From assembly GCA_965223265.1 (NCBI GenBank), contig OZ244999.1, forward strand, positions 6,240,001-6,304,000: 64,000 nucleotides of DNA, in the 5' to 3' direction. The position numbers and the translations under genes are program-made. This DNA comes from Planctomycetota bacterium. GTDB taxonomy: Bacteria; Planctomycetota; UBA8108; SXIK01. This document shows positions 8,888 to 18,515 of this stretch, piece by piece. Under the pieces are notes generated by a model. That model made no database searches. It was given only the letters and a program-made list of their open reading frames with translations, and had not been told where the DNA came from. Position 1 is the first letter of the stretch, and every line of letters starts with the position of its first letter.

Positions 8888-10479
8888 GTTTCGCTCTCAA
8901 CAGCCAACGGTAGAGACATAAGAATCGTCGTCCCGCTTGAAGACGTCTGCTCAACGGACATCGAGCCACCGAAAAACTCCACCGCACGGCGAGCTACCGA
9001 GAGACCCAATCCGGTGCCGCGCGCTTTTGTTGTCACGAACGGCTCGAACAGCGTGCTCCGGACTTCCTCTGCAATCCCCGGGCCATTGTCAAAAAAACGC
9101 ACCTCACAAGCTTTCCCCCGACGCCCCGTCGAGCGCGACGCGACGACTCGGATTTCTCCACGCCCCTTCATCGCCTGGGCCGCATTCACCAGCACGTTGA
9201 GAATGACGGGACGCAGGATTTCAGCGTCACAGGCGACCAGAAGATCCGGCGACTCCACCGAGACTCTCAGCTGCGGGAATTCCGGATCGCTCTCGAGCGC
9301 CCGAACGGTATGCATGAGCAGCTCCCGAATCGGTACAGCGCTCGTGGTTGCCCGCAGCGGCCTGGCGAAGAACAAGAGGTCGTTGACGACGCGGTTGAGA
9401 TCTCCGAGGCGATCCATAATCTCGCCGATGACCGAGACGGTTTCGTCATCACCGGCGACGCGTTGGCGAATGATCTCGAGGGCGCCGCCAATTCCCGCGA
9501 TCGGATTCTTCACCTCATGCGCGACCATGGCGGCGAGCTTGCCGAGCTGCGCCAAGTTTTCGTGCTCGAGAAGCCGGCGATTCGACTCTTTCTGCAGCAC
9601 CGCCTCAGAAATGACGTTAGCGACGCTGACGAGGAACGTGGCGTCCTCCGGCGTGAAGCGCCCGGGTTGGCGCGAGTAGGCCGCAAGCACGCCAATCGGT
9701 TGATCGACGCCGAGGATGCACACAGCGACACCGCTGACGACTCCACACTGCCGCTGGGGTTCGGTGAGACGAAACGGAAGTGATTCGCTGGCGTCGTCGA
9801 ACAGCACGGTCTTTCGCTCTCGGAACGCATGAGCCGCGATTGAGGTCGCGTCAAGGCCGAGGTCCGCGCTGGGATACTGATCCTGCGCGGTCCAGCCTTC
9901 CGCAGAATGCACCACCAACCGGCCGTCATCGGGCGAGACCGCGAGCACTTCACTGTACTCGGCCTCGATTTGCGTCCGCACAACCCGTCCCGCCGTCACC
10001 ATCAATTCCTTCGGATCCGTGCCGCCAATCGCGTCGAGGCCGAGGCGGGCGACGGTCTGCTGCTGCAAAACCCGGCGGCGCATGAGTGCCTCGGCACGCT
10101 TGCGCTCGGAGATGTCGCGGATCACGCCAGCAAAGAGTGGCTGCCCACGAACCTGAACCTCGCTGACCGCCAGGTCGATCGGAAACGTGCTGCCGTCGCT
10201 GCGCTGACCTACAACCTCTCTGCCAATCCCAATGATTCGCGCCTCGCCGCTTTCACGGTAGCGACGCAGGTACTCATCGTGCTCGTTGGCATACTGCGGC
10301 GGCATGAGTGTGGCAACGTTCTTCCCAAGGACCTCGCTCGCCGTGTAACCGAAGATCCGCTCGAAGGCCGGGTTGACGAAGCATACATCGCCTTGGCCAT
10401 CGATGAGTACGATCGCGTCGACCGCCGCGGTAACGATCGCTTCCAGCCACGCTTCGGTCTCTTTGCGGCGGGGTTTCAT
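8884..10479 (-). CDS. PAS-GAF sensor histidine kinase with FixL-like heme-PAS domain
   Basis: LMPPQYANEHDEYLRRY...RIIGIGREVVGQRSDGSTFP (FixL-like), GAF region, AHEVKNPI, NAAQAM, DNGPGI, FEPFVTTK, GTGLGL; ATGA-coupled to the regulator. Confidence 0.9.
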   Translation of the reverse strand: MKPRRKETEAWLEAIVTAAVDAIVLIDGQGDVCFVNPAFERIFGYTASEVLGKNVATLMPPQYANEHDEYLRRYRESGEARIIGIGREVVGQRSDGSTFPIDLAVSEVQVRGQPLFAGVIRDISERKRAEALMRRRVLQQQTVARLGLDAIGGTDPKELMVTAGRVVRTQIEAEYSEVLAVSPDDGRLVVHSAEGWTAQDQYPSADLGLDATSIAAHAFRERKTVLFDDASESLPFRLTEPQRQCGVVSGVAVCILGVDQPIGVLAAYSRQPGRFTPEDATFLVSVANVISEAVLQKESNRRLLEHENLAQLGKLAAMVAHEVKNPIAGIGGALEIIRQRVAGDDETVSVIGEIMDRLGDLNRVVNDLLFFARPLRATTSAVPIRELLMHTVRALESDPEFPQLRVSVESPDLLVACDAEILRPVILNVLVNAAQAMKGRGEIRVVASRSTGRRGKACEVRFFDNGPGIAEEVRSTLFEPFVTTKARGTGLGLSVARRAVEFFGGSMSVEQTSSSGTTILMSLPLAVESET

Positions 10480-10777
10480 GGGCGCGCGGCCTCAGGGCTT
10501 CAACTGCTAATGAACTCGGGCGGCTTGCCGCGAACGTCAACGTCGGCAGCACCCGACATTCGACAGGGACTCAGAACTATCCTATCATAGTAGCCGTTCC
10601 ATAGATTGAGTTTGCCGTGTCTCGCGGCGCGCCACCGCCATCGAAACGTGTTGACCCGTCTGGCGCGACGATGGTCCGGGACATGAGCAAGTAGCGACGA
10701 CAGTGACGTGGGCACAACGCAGCCCTGCGGCGGCCCAAACCAGCTCTACCAGCACACTGCCCCGGGCGATCAACCAA

Positions 10778-12337
10778 ATGAGTAGCTTTCCACCGGCGCG
10801 TCACGGCTTGCGCATCGAGACGCCCTTGCACGGCTTCCCGGTTATTCTGAGAGTTCTTCTCAGAGTCCGCCTCAGAATCCTCTTCAGCCTGTTTCTTGCC
10901 CTGGCGACGACCTCGCCACTCATCGAGGCGAAAGAGCCTCTAGTGCTCCTCGTCGATGAGTGGCACCTCCTGTATCTCAGTGGCGTCCCGGCTGGCTACA
11001 CCCATTTTTCGATCCAGCCGACGGCGTCTGGCTACCGCACAACGACGCGTCAGACGATCAGCCTCAAGCGATCCGGGACAGCGATCAAGCTGGAAAGCAA
11101 CTGGACGATCCAGGAAGACTCGAGCGGGCGCGTCCTCTCCTTTGACAGCGTGCAGACCAACGCAGCCGCTCCGCTCCGCGCCACGGGGTCACGACAGGGC
11201 AACATTCTCGAGATCTCCGAATGGACCGATGGCTCAGCGCCGCAGCAAAAGAGGGTCGAGTTGGCCGACGACGTCGTTGGACCTGCATATTCCGTTAGCG
11301 CCATGAGGTCCCGGCTCCGCCGGCAGGGAGACGAGCTCACCTTGAACGTCTTCGCTCCCGAGTATCGCCGGGCGGTGAAGCAGTCGGCACGGCGTGGTGG
11401 TGAAGAAGAAATCGTCGTTCTCGACGGCGCAAGGAAACGATTCACGCGCTTGGAACTCAGCGTCGACGGCATTGCGATGACCCAATGGGTCGACGCCGAA
11501 TTCACGGCGCAAAGATCTGAAATGGTCTTGGCTGGGCTCAAGCTCGTCACCCACCTCGCGCAGCGCGAGCGCGTGCTGGCGTTCGATTTTTCGTCACCGC
11601 CGGAAGTCTTCGTGACGTCGTTCGTCCGGGTCAAACGTCCCGTCTCACCGCGGGCGCAGCGTGCTGAGTACATTCTGCGGCTGAAGCAAGGCACGTTCGC
11701 CCAGCACGACGACACCGGGCTGCTCGCCACGGCGGGACAAAAGCATACGATGGCGGCAGACAAGAAAAGCTTGACGTTACAAGTACGCCGCGTCGAGCTC
11801 GAGCAGCGGCGGACTCTACCCCTCCGGGTTCCAAGCGAGTTGCAAAATTACGTGGGTGGAAGCAGCTACCTGCAAACCGGCGACGACGAGCTCATCAAAC
11901 TGACCCGACGCGTCGTCGATACCGAGAGGGACGCACTTTCGGCGTGCGAACTTTTGGCACGCTGGGTCCACGATAACGTTGGCGAGAAGAACCTCGAGAC
12001 AGGTTTCGCGACAGCAAAAGAGGTGTACCTCGCACGCCGTGGCGATTGTACCGAGCACGCAGTGTTGCTAGCGGCGCTGTGTCGAATCGCGGGTGTGCCG
12101 TCGCGCGTCGTTGCCGGAATGACCTATCACCAAGAAGCGTTCATCGGCCACATGTGGACGGAAGTACACGTCGGCAAGTGGATACCGCTCGATGCGACTT
12201 CGCCGAGCCCACGCGTCGGCGCTGACCACATTGGGTTCTCGTCTTCGTCGCTCGAGACGGCAGGCTTCATGGACATCTTCCCTCACTTCGTCCACATCAT
12301 CGGCAATCTCGAAATCGAAGTGAAGGACGTTGAGTGA
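10778..12337 (+). CDS. Secreted transglutaminase-like (Cys-His-Asp) domain protein
   Basis: Hydrophobic signal-like N-terminus; GDCTEHAVL, GHMWTEV, WIPLDAT; start uncertain. Confidence 0.85.
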   Translation: MSSFPPARHGLRIETPLHGFPVILRVLLRVRLRILFSLFLALATTSPLIEAKEPLVLLVDEWHLLYLSGVPAGYTHFSIQPTASGYRTTTRQTISLKRSGTAIKLESNWTIQEDSSGRVLSFDSVQTNAAAPLRATGSRQGNILEISEWTDGSAPQQKRVELADDVVGPAYSVSAMRSRLRRQGDELTLNVFAPEYRRAVKQSARRGGEEEIVVLDGARKRFTRLELSVDGIAMTQWVDAEFTAQRSEMVLAGLKLVTHLAQRERVLAFDFSSPPEVFVTSFVRVKRPVSPRAQRAEYILRLKQGTFAQHDDTGLLATAGQKHTMAADKKSLTLQVRRVELEQRRTLPLRVPSELQNYVGGSSYLQTGDDELIKLTRRVVDTERDALSACELLARWVHDNVGEKNLETGFATAKEVYLARRGDCTEHAVLLAALCRIAGVPSRVVAGMTYHQEAFIGHMWTEVHVGKWIPLDATSPSPRVGADHIGFSSSSLETAGFMDIFPHFVHIIGNLEIEVKDVE

Positions 12338-13449
12338 ACTCGGGCATCGAAGACGCCGCTGCGGACCAGCCGGAGCCGTCCGACGTGAATCTCGCGGCTT
12401 ACTCGTTCGAGCTGCCACAGGAGTCGATCGCGCAGCAGCCCGCCGCGCGGCGCGACGGGTCGCGCCTTCTTGTGCTTCGACGCGCGACTGGCGAGATCGA
12501 GCACAAGACGTTTGACGCGCTGCCCGAGCTCTTCAGACCGAACGACGTCCTCGTGGTCAACGATAGCCGCGTCTTCCCTGCGCGCCTTCGCCTACGCCGC
12601 CTCAGCGGTGGGCGTGTCGAGCTGCTGCTCCTCGAGTACCTGGAGGAGCGAGGCTGTTGGCGGGCGATTGGTCGCCCTGGCAAGTCTCTCCAGCCCGGCA
12701 GCACACTCATGATGACGGACGAGACGACAGCGCGTGTAGTCGATCGCGAGGCGGACGCCGTGCTTGTCACATTCACGCGCGGGAGCAAGGCACTCACGCG
12801 TGAGGAGACGTTCCTGCTCTGCGAGCAGCTCGGTGAGGTCCCCCTACCTCCGTATATCCAGCGCCAAGACGACGACTCTCGCGCCGAGCTCGACGCTGAG
12901 CGATATCAGACCGTCTTCGCACAGTCGATCGGCTCCGCGGCCGCGCCGACTGCGGGCCTTCACTTTTCGCACGAACTGATTGCCGCCATCGAAGCTCGAG
13001 GGGTTCGGGTCGTGCCCGTGACGCTCCACGTTGGCCTTGGGACGTTTCGCCCCCTCACCACCGAGACGCTCCGCGGTAGCAAGCTGCACGAAGAGAGCTT
13101 CGTCCTGACGCGTGCTGCAGCCGACTGCATCCACGACGCCCGACAGCAAGGGGGGCGCATCATTGCTGTCGGCACCACGACATGTCGCGTTCTCGAGACA
13201 CTTGGCGAACGTTTCCACACCGAGGGATACCCTCCGCCCTATAGCGGCCGAACGTCGCTGTTCATCAAACCAGGGCACAGATTCGCGCTGGTCGATGCGC
13301 TGGTGACCAACTTTCACCTGCCGCGGACGAGCTTGCTCGTGTTGGTCAGCGCCATGGCGGGACGACAACAGGTCCTCGCAGCGTACAACACAGCGATCCG
13401 CGAAGGCTACCGCTTCTACAGCTACGGCGACGCCATGTTGGTGGTATGA
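12334..13449 (+). CDS. queA: S-adenosylmethionine:tRNA ribosyltransferase-isomerase
   Basis: IAQQP, VNDSRVFPARL, PLPPYI, YQTVFA, AAPTAGLHF, TLHVGLGTF, TNFHLP, YRFYSYGDAM. Confidence 0.97.
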   Translation: MNSGIEDAAADQPEPSDVNLAAYSFELPQESIAQQPAARRDGSRLLVLRRATGEIEHKTFDALPELFRPNDVLVVNDSRVFPARLRLRRLSGGRVELLLLEYLEERGCWRAIGRPGKSLQPGSTLMMTDETTARVVDREADAVLVTFTRGSKALTREETFLLCEQLGEVPLPPYIQRQDDDSRAELDAERYQTVFAQSIGSAAAPTAGLHFSHELIAAIEARGVRVVPVTLHVGLGTFRPLTTETLRGSKLHEESFVLTRAAADCIHDARQQGGRIIAVGTTTCRVLETLGERFHTEGYPPPYSGRTSLFIKPGHRFALVDALVTNFHLPRTSLLVLVSAMAGRQQVLAAYNTAIREGYRFYSYGDAMLVV

Positions 13450-13458
13450 TGGAACTCG

Positions 13459-14283
13459 ATGAAACCTGGTGTCTCCGGTTCCAACTCTCAGCCGACGGCA
13501 CGCTGCTGGTTTTGCAATCGGCTCTGGCCGAACAGCGAGATCGAAGCTGGCGGCATCCTCCGCAGTCGCGCCGAGCGGCAGGGTGGACCCTACCTGCTTC
13601 TCGTTTGCGACACCTGTCGCCGCGACAACCGTCTGGAGCAAACGCCGCGAGGGCGCTGGTTCGCCTCACCGGTTGGACGCCCGTCCGTCGTTGAGTACTT
13701 CTTCTCGCAACTGCTCGACACCGGGCCCGAAGACTTCATTTCCCTCGTGTCGTGGTATCGCGCCAACGAAGAGCGGCGCCGCTTCTTCTTCGAACGTGAT
13801 GGCGACGCGCGCTATTCGACGCCACAGCGCGCACGCGAGTTGATCGAAGAGAAGCCCGCAGGGAGCGTCTCGAATTCGAACCCGTCCAAGGGTACCAGGT
13901 CCAGGCCCAAGGGACGCGAAGCTGGGCGACGGACTCGCGGCCGCACCGACTCAAGAGCTAGATCCACCAACGGCGCGGCGGCGGCTGACGGGCGCCAAGG
14001 CGAAACGTCGGCGCGGCGGCCACAGAGTCGGACGCGGCGTCAAGTCACTTCCCAAGGCCACCCGCGCCTTCTCTCCCCACACGAGATTCTGGGTGTCGCA
14101 GAGTCCGCAAGCGTGGCCGAGATCAAGGCCGCATTTCGACGCTTGGCAAGACAGTATCATCCAGACAAGCTGTATCACCTCGGCGGTGACAGCCAACGCC
14201 TTGCGCACGAGAAATTCCACGCATTGTCCGCTGCCTTCGAGTCACTGCTCGCAGCGCGAAGCGCTCGACAGGATCACCCGTGA
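13459..14283 (+). CDS. J-domain protein (C-terminal DnaJ domain, N-terminal CxxC...CxxC)
   Basis: PHEILGV...EIKAAFRRLARQYHPDK; N-terminal CWFC and CDTC. Confidence 0.8.
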   Translation: MKPGVSGSNSQPTARCWFCNRLWPNSEIEAGGILRSRAERQGGPYLLLVCDTCRRDNRLEQTPRGRWFASPVGRPSVVEYFFSQLLDTGPEDFISLVSWYRANEERRRFFFERDGDARYSTPQRARELIEEKPAGSVSNSNPSKGTRSRPKGREAGRRTRGRTDSRARSTNGAAAADGRQGETSARRPQSRTRRQVTSQGHPRLLSPHEILGVAESASVAEIKAAFRRLARQYHPDKLYHLGGDSQRLAHEKFHALSAAFESLLAARSARQDHP

Positions 14284-14689
14284 GCGACAGCAGCAGATGG
14301 TGAAAGGCCATGCCCGATCACGGTGGAGTCGCGGTCCGCGGCACTTCGGTTACGTCTCGTTGAATTGTCGTTGACCCGAGCCAACACGGCAGCTAACGTC
14401 TCACATTCTCACGCTCTCGGCGATTGGAAGGTAGCAGGCAAGCGTCCGTTCGAAGCCAGCTCCAATACCGTCGCGACGCGCGGGTCATTCACGCCCAGCT
14501 CGGCCGTGCCAAGACTCAAAAATCCCAGAAATTGCCTGCGTTTGTCACAGCGGATCTAGGCGCGAATGACTCGGTGATCGACTCGAAGCACTTCCCAGCA
14601 GCCGCGAGGGCGACGCCTTACGAGGCGAGAACTCACACGTGGAGTCGAAAAAGACGAAGCCTCAACGCTAACGATCGGAGGACGAAATC

Positions 14690-15670
14690 ATGAGTGCCCC
14701 TGTAAGGGTCGCAGTCACCGGTGCTGCTGGCCAAATCGCCTACAACCTGCTCTTCTCCATCGCCAACGGCGACATGCTCGGCCCATCGCAGCCCGTCGCT
14801 CTCAACCTCGTCGAAATCCCAGCCGCCATGAACGCCCTCCGCGGCGTAGCGCTTGAGTTGGAAGATTGTGCCTTCCCTCTGCTCACAGACATCGTGCTGT
14901 CGAGCGAACCCGAAGTTGGTTTCAAAGACGTGAGCTGGGCGCTTCTCGTCGGCAGCAAGCCGCGCGGCAAGGGCATGGAACGCGGCGATTTGATCCGCGA
15001 GAACGGTCCGATCTTCGTCTCCCAGGGAAAAGCGCTCGAGAAGTCCGCCGCGGCAGACGTGCGGGTTCTGGTGGTCGGCAACCCTTGCAACACGAATTGC
15101 CTCATCGCGATGAACAACGCGCCGGCGATCCCGCGCGATCGCTGGTTCGCGATGACTCGCCTCGACCACAACCGCGCCTTAGCGCAGCTGGCGTCGAAAG
15201 CGGGGTGCGCGGTCACGGATGTGTCACGGATGACGATTTGGGGCAATCACAGTACGACCCAGTTCCCAGACTTTGTGCACGCCAAGATCAAGGGGCAGTC
15301 GGTGACCGAAGTCATCGATGATCGTACCTGGCTCGAAGGGGAGTTCCAATCGCGCGTCCAGAAACGCGGCGCCGAGATCATCGAGGCACGTGGCAAGTCG
15401 TCGGCAGCCTCAGCAGCTAACGCCGCTAAGGATCACGTCGCCACGTTCACCGGGTCGACAAAGGGTGACGATTGGACCTCGGCGGCCGTCTGTTCTGACG
15501 GTAGCTATGGCGTCCCCGAGGGCCTCATCTCTTCGTTCCCCGTACGAGTTAGAAATGGGGAGTGGGAAATCGTGCAAGGCCTCGAGCTCGACGACTACTG
15601 CCGCGGCATGCTGCAAAAATCGGTCGATGAACTGGAGTCTGAGAAGAGCGTCGTCAAGGACCTGCTATAG
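14690..15670 (+). CDS. mdh: Malate dehydrogenase (type 2)
   Basis: [47 protein letters not shown]; GGAGG RBS. Confidence 0.97.
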   Translation: MSAPVRVAVTGAAGQIAYNLLFSIANGDMLGPSQPVALNLVEIPAAMNALRGVALELEDCAFPLLTDIVLSSEPEVGFKDVSWALLVGSKPRGKGMERGDLIRENGPIFVSQGKALEKSAAADVRVLVVGNPCNTNCLIAMNNAPAIPRDRWFAMTRLDHNRALAQLASKAGCAVTDVSRMTIWGNHSTTQFPDFVHAKIKGQSVTEVIDDRTWLEGEFQSRVQKRGAEIIEARGKSSAASAANAAKDHVATFTGSTKGDDWTSAAVCSDGSYGVPEGLISSFPVRVRNGEWEIVQGLELDDYCRGMLQKSVDELESEKSVVKDLL

Positions 15671-15672
15671 AA

Positions 15673-15693
15673 CTCGACTCGCTTTGAGTCGAG
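15673..15693 (+). terminator. Hairpin directly after mdh stop
   Basis: CTCGACTC-GCTTT-GAGTCGAG perfect 8-bp stem; no U-tract, so terminator function is uncertain. Confidence 0.35.
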
Positions 15694-15882
15694 AAGCACT
15701 CCACAGGGCCGGAAGGTGGAATCTGGCGAAGACAGCGACGAATCCCACGGTAGGTTTCCAAGCTTGCTGAACTCGTCCGTCGAGGCCAGCTTGACAGAGC
15801 GCAGCGCCAGAGCAAGACTCGCGCTGGACCGTTCTCTTGGGCGAAGAACCTGCCACGGCAAGATCCTCAGTTGGCGCAATAG

Positions 15883-16893
15883 ATGATTCAGTTCCTCGGA
15901 CTGCATGTCGACGACCACCAGGCCAGTACGATCGCTTTGGGGCGCGACCTGGAATGCTGGGCCGAGACCACAGCGCCCGTGGAGAACGTCATTGCGCTGG
16001 GCGACTCCGGGATCCGAGAGGTCGCGCCGCTGGAATGGACGCGCGCCGCGTGCTACGCCCTGGAGGAAACCTATCTGCACCTACCGACCAAAGCGCGCAA
16101 GGTGTGGGGGCTCGCCGTCACCGCACCGAGCGGCTGGATCGCTCTCGGCTTCGACTATGAACCGCTCTCTCGTCTGCGCTTCGCTCACGCGGACAAAGTG
16201 GCCAGTGATTTCGCGGCGTGGCGCCAGAACGACGCCCGCGTCGCCAGAAGAGTCGCCGCGCTGCTCACGCCTAAGGACTACATCCGTTTCGTTCTCAGCG
16301 GCAGCCTCGCCACTGACGTAACCGATGTTGACCGCATGAATCTCCTGGAAGCTGGCACGCTCTCGTGGTCCGAGGACAAGCTCCGCGACGTCGGCCTCGA
16401 TCGCAGCATCATGCCACCGATCTTCGACTCGCATGTGATGACTGGAAGGCTGAGCGAAGACGGAGTTCGAAAGAGCGGGATCCCGGGCGGAATCTGCGTA
16501 GTGGCCGGTGCACACGAGGAGGACTGCGCCCTAGCCGGCGTCGCAGACGTTTGTCGCTCGACGCTATGGCGCTACACTTCCCCTAGCGGCGAACCCGTCG
16601 CGGCGCTCGGCTTCGAGGGGGTCAGCCCGATCTCGCTACCTCCAGCCTGGAAGGCACGCCGGGCAGCGCTGGAAGGCTTTCAAGTCGCCGAGTGGCGTGG
16701 GCTCAAAGGAGGCGCGGCGATACAACTTGCCGAGGCTCAAGCGTCACTCAAAGAGTGCGAGCGACCCTGTGAAGACGCAGTCGACGTGCATCCGAACGCA
16801 CCCCTTGGCGCGGCGGCACTCGCTGCCGTTGGCTCGGGGCTCGTGAAGGGGTGGGATCCATACTACGAAGCTTTTGAGAGCCGGGAAACCTGA
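15883..16893 (+). CDS. FGGY-family (xylulokinase-like) protein, shortened and degenerate
   Basis: LLTPKDYIRFVLSGSLATDVTD, TGRLS, VVAGAHEED, terminal GAAALAAVGSGL; only 336 aa. Confidence 0.7.
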   Translation: MIQFLGLHVDDHQASTIALGRDLECWAETTAPVENVIALGDSGIREVAPLEWTRAACYALEETYLHLPTKARKVWGLAVTAPSGWIALGFDYEPLSRLRFAHADKVASDFAAWRQNDARVARRVAALLTPKDYIRFVLSGSLATDVTDVDRMNLLEAGTLSWSEDKLRDVGLDRSIMPPIFDSHVMTGRLSEDGVRKSGIPGGICVVAGAHEEDCALAGVADVCRSTLWRYTSPSGEPVAALGFEGVSPISLPPAWKARRAALEGFQVAEWRGLKGGAAIQLAEAQASLKECERPCEDAVDVHPNAPLGAAALAAVGSGLVKGWDPYYEAFESRET

Positions 16894-16918
16894 CGTGCAG
16901 TCTCCACGTGGCAATCCG

Positions 16919-17605
16919 ATGTCAACATCCCCGCGTCGCGTTTGGTCGACGCGAGCCGTTCGCGCCGCGTACAACGCCCAGTTTCGCTCGGCGCCGCTGG
17001 AGGACTCAGACCGTTACTACGATTGGCTAGCGCAGAAAGTCGTACGACATCTGCCCGACGCACAAGGCCACACGGCACGAATCGTTGACGTCGGCTGCGG
17101 CAGCGGACGCTTGCTGGCGGCCCTGGCGCGCCGTCTCGAAGACGCAGTACTCGTCGGCATCGACATCTCAGACGCCGCACTCGCGCTCTGTGGATGTCAC
17201 GCGCCCACCGCACAGCGCATGCTCGCGCAAGGAGAGTACGTGCCGCTCGCCGGCGACGTGTACGACGCGGTCCTCTGCTCCGGCAACCTCGAGCACTTCG
17301 TCGACCCGTCCCGGGGTGCCCAGGAACTCGCGCGCCTCTGTCGCCGCGATGGGACCGTGTGGGTGCTGCTGCCAAACAGTTTCTACTCCGGCGACATCTG
17401 GCGGGTGATTCGCGGTGGCTACGGCCCAAACCACCACCAAATCATCGACCGTTTCGCGACCGTCAACGAGTGGCGTGACCTTCTCGAGTCGAGCGGCTTG
17501 ACCGTTGACGGCATCACTCCGTACAACCGCTTCAAATGGTGGAAACGGTTACTGCCGCGCAACCTCGCCTACCACTTTCTCTACCGTACGCACCCAACGA
17601 CATAG
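16919..17605 (+). CDS. Class I SAM-dependent methyltransferase
   Basis: IVDVGCGSG, GIDIS, YDAVLCSGNLEHF. Confidence 0.9.
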   Translation: MSTSPRRVWSTRAVRAAYNAQFRSAPLEDSDRYYDWLAQKVVRHLPDAQGHTARIVDVGCGSGRLLAALARRLEDAVLVGIDISDAALALCGCHAPTAQRMLAQGEYVPLAGDVYDAVLCSGNLEHFVDPSRGAQELARLCRRDGTVWVLLPNSFYSGDIWRVIRGGYGPNHHQIIDRFATVNEWRDLLESSGLTVDGITPYNRFKWWKRLLPRNLAYHFLYRTHPTT

Positions 17606-17736
17606 GGGTGCCGGTTCACGCTGAAGGCCGTGCGCCAGACGCATTTGATGGTCAGTCAAAGCAAAGCAGGCGTCTGTAGCGCTGTCACTCTAGCGCTAGG
17701 ACCGACGTTGCCTGGCTGCGCTGGTGTCCCAGATCG

Positions 17737-18249
17737 TTAGGGAAGCAGCTCTGCCTCAGTCTCCCGAGAGGCCTCGTCGTTCAGACGTGCAGCTTGTAGC
17801 AAGATGCGCTCAATGTTCATCCCCTCCTGAGCTAGCATCTGGTTGTTCATTAGCCAATCTTTCTCGAAGTAGAAGATGCCCTTTTTCCACACGAGGAAGT
17901 CGGCAAAGACCCGAACGACATGTGGCTTCAGCACACCCTCGAGGTCCTCGGCACAGATGAGCCCCTTCTTCACGAGCAGCGTTCCAAGCGGTCGCTTGTC
18001 CTCTTTCTCGCGCTGCTCCTTTAAGACCTCATTCAGTTCGCGCAGCGAAACCAACCCCTTCTCGACCAGCGTGTATCCGAGTCGCTTGCGGAGATCCGAA
18101 CTAGCGTAGACCACTCGTCCACCGTTGAGCAGGATGCGCCCGCACCCCTCTCGCGAAATCAATGTCAAAACGCCGCTCCGCTTGCCCATACTCATCATTT
18201 GTAAAACGTCTGGGAGCGGGAGGTCTTCGATGTGTCCGAGTATGCTCAT
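17737..18249 (-). CDS. DUF4388 (PATAN-like) protein with MshEN-like motifs
   Basis: GHIEDLPLPDVLQMMSMGKRSGVL, GRILLNGGRVVYA, RLGYTLVEKGLV, WKKGIFYF. Confidence 0.8.
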   Translation of the reverse strand: MSILGHIEDLPLPDVLQMMSMGKRSGVLTLISREGCGRILLNGGRVVYASSDLRKRLGYTLVEKGLVSLRELNEVLKEQREKEDKRPLGTLLVKKGLICAEDLEGVLKPHVVRVFADFLVWKKGIFYFEKDWLMNNQMLAQEGMNIERILLQAARLNDEASRETEAELLP

Positions 18250-18515
18250 GCCGTCGTCTACGCTCGTTAAACACGTGAGAAGGATTCCTGCCTCACTCCT
18301 CTATCGGCGGGGTCGCCACCAACCTGTGATCCGCTTGCGTTTCCCGGCGGGATTGCGACCACGGCTTCTCCGCCGCAGCGAGTACGTTCCCGAAATGCTC
18401 GCGGAGGCCGCGTGAACCACGCCGTTATCGGCCAGCCAACATCCATTCGACGGGCCTGAGCGGTCACGGCAACCAGCCGCAGCGCACACACAGGACTCGG
18501 TAGATCCCGGGCGCT

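Noticed and set aside
10847-10882. Three 12-bp imperfect repeats (LRVL-LRVR-LRIL) in the transglutaminase signal region
   Set aside because: Short, in-frame slippage with no evident function
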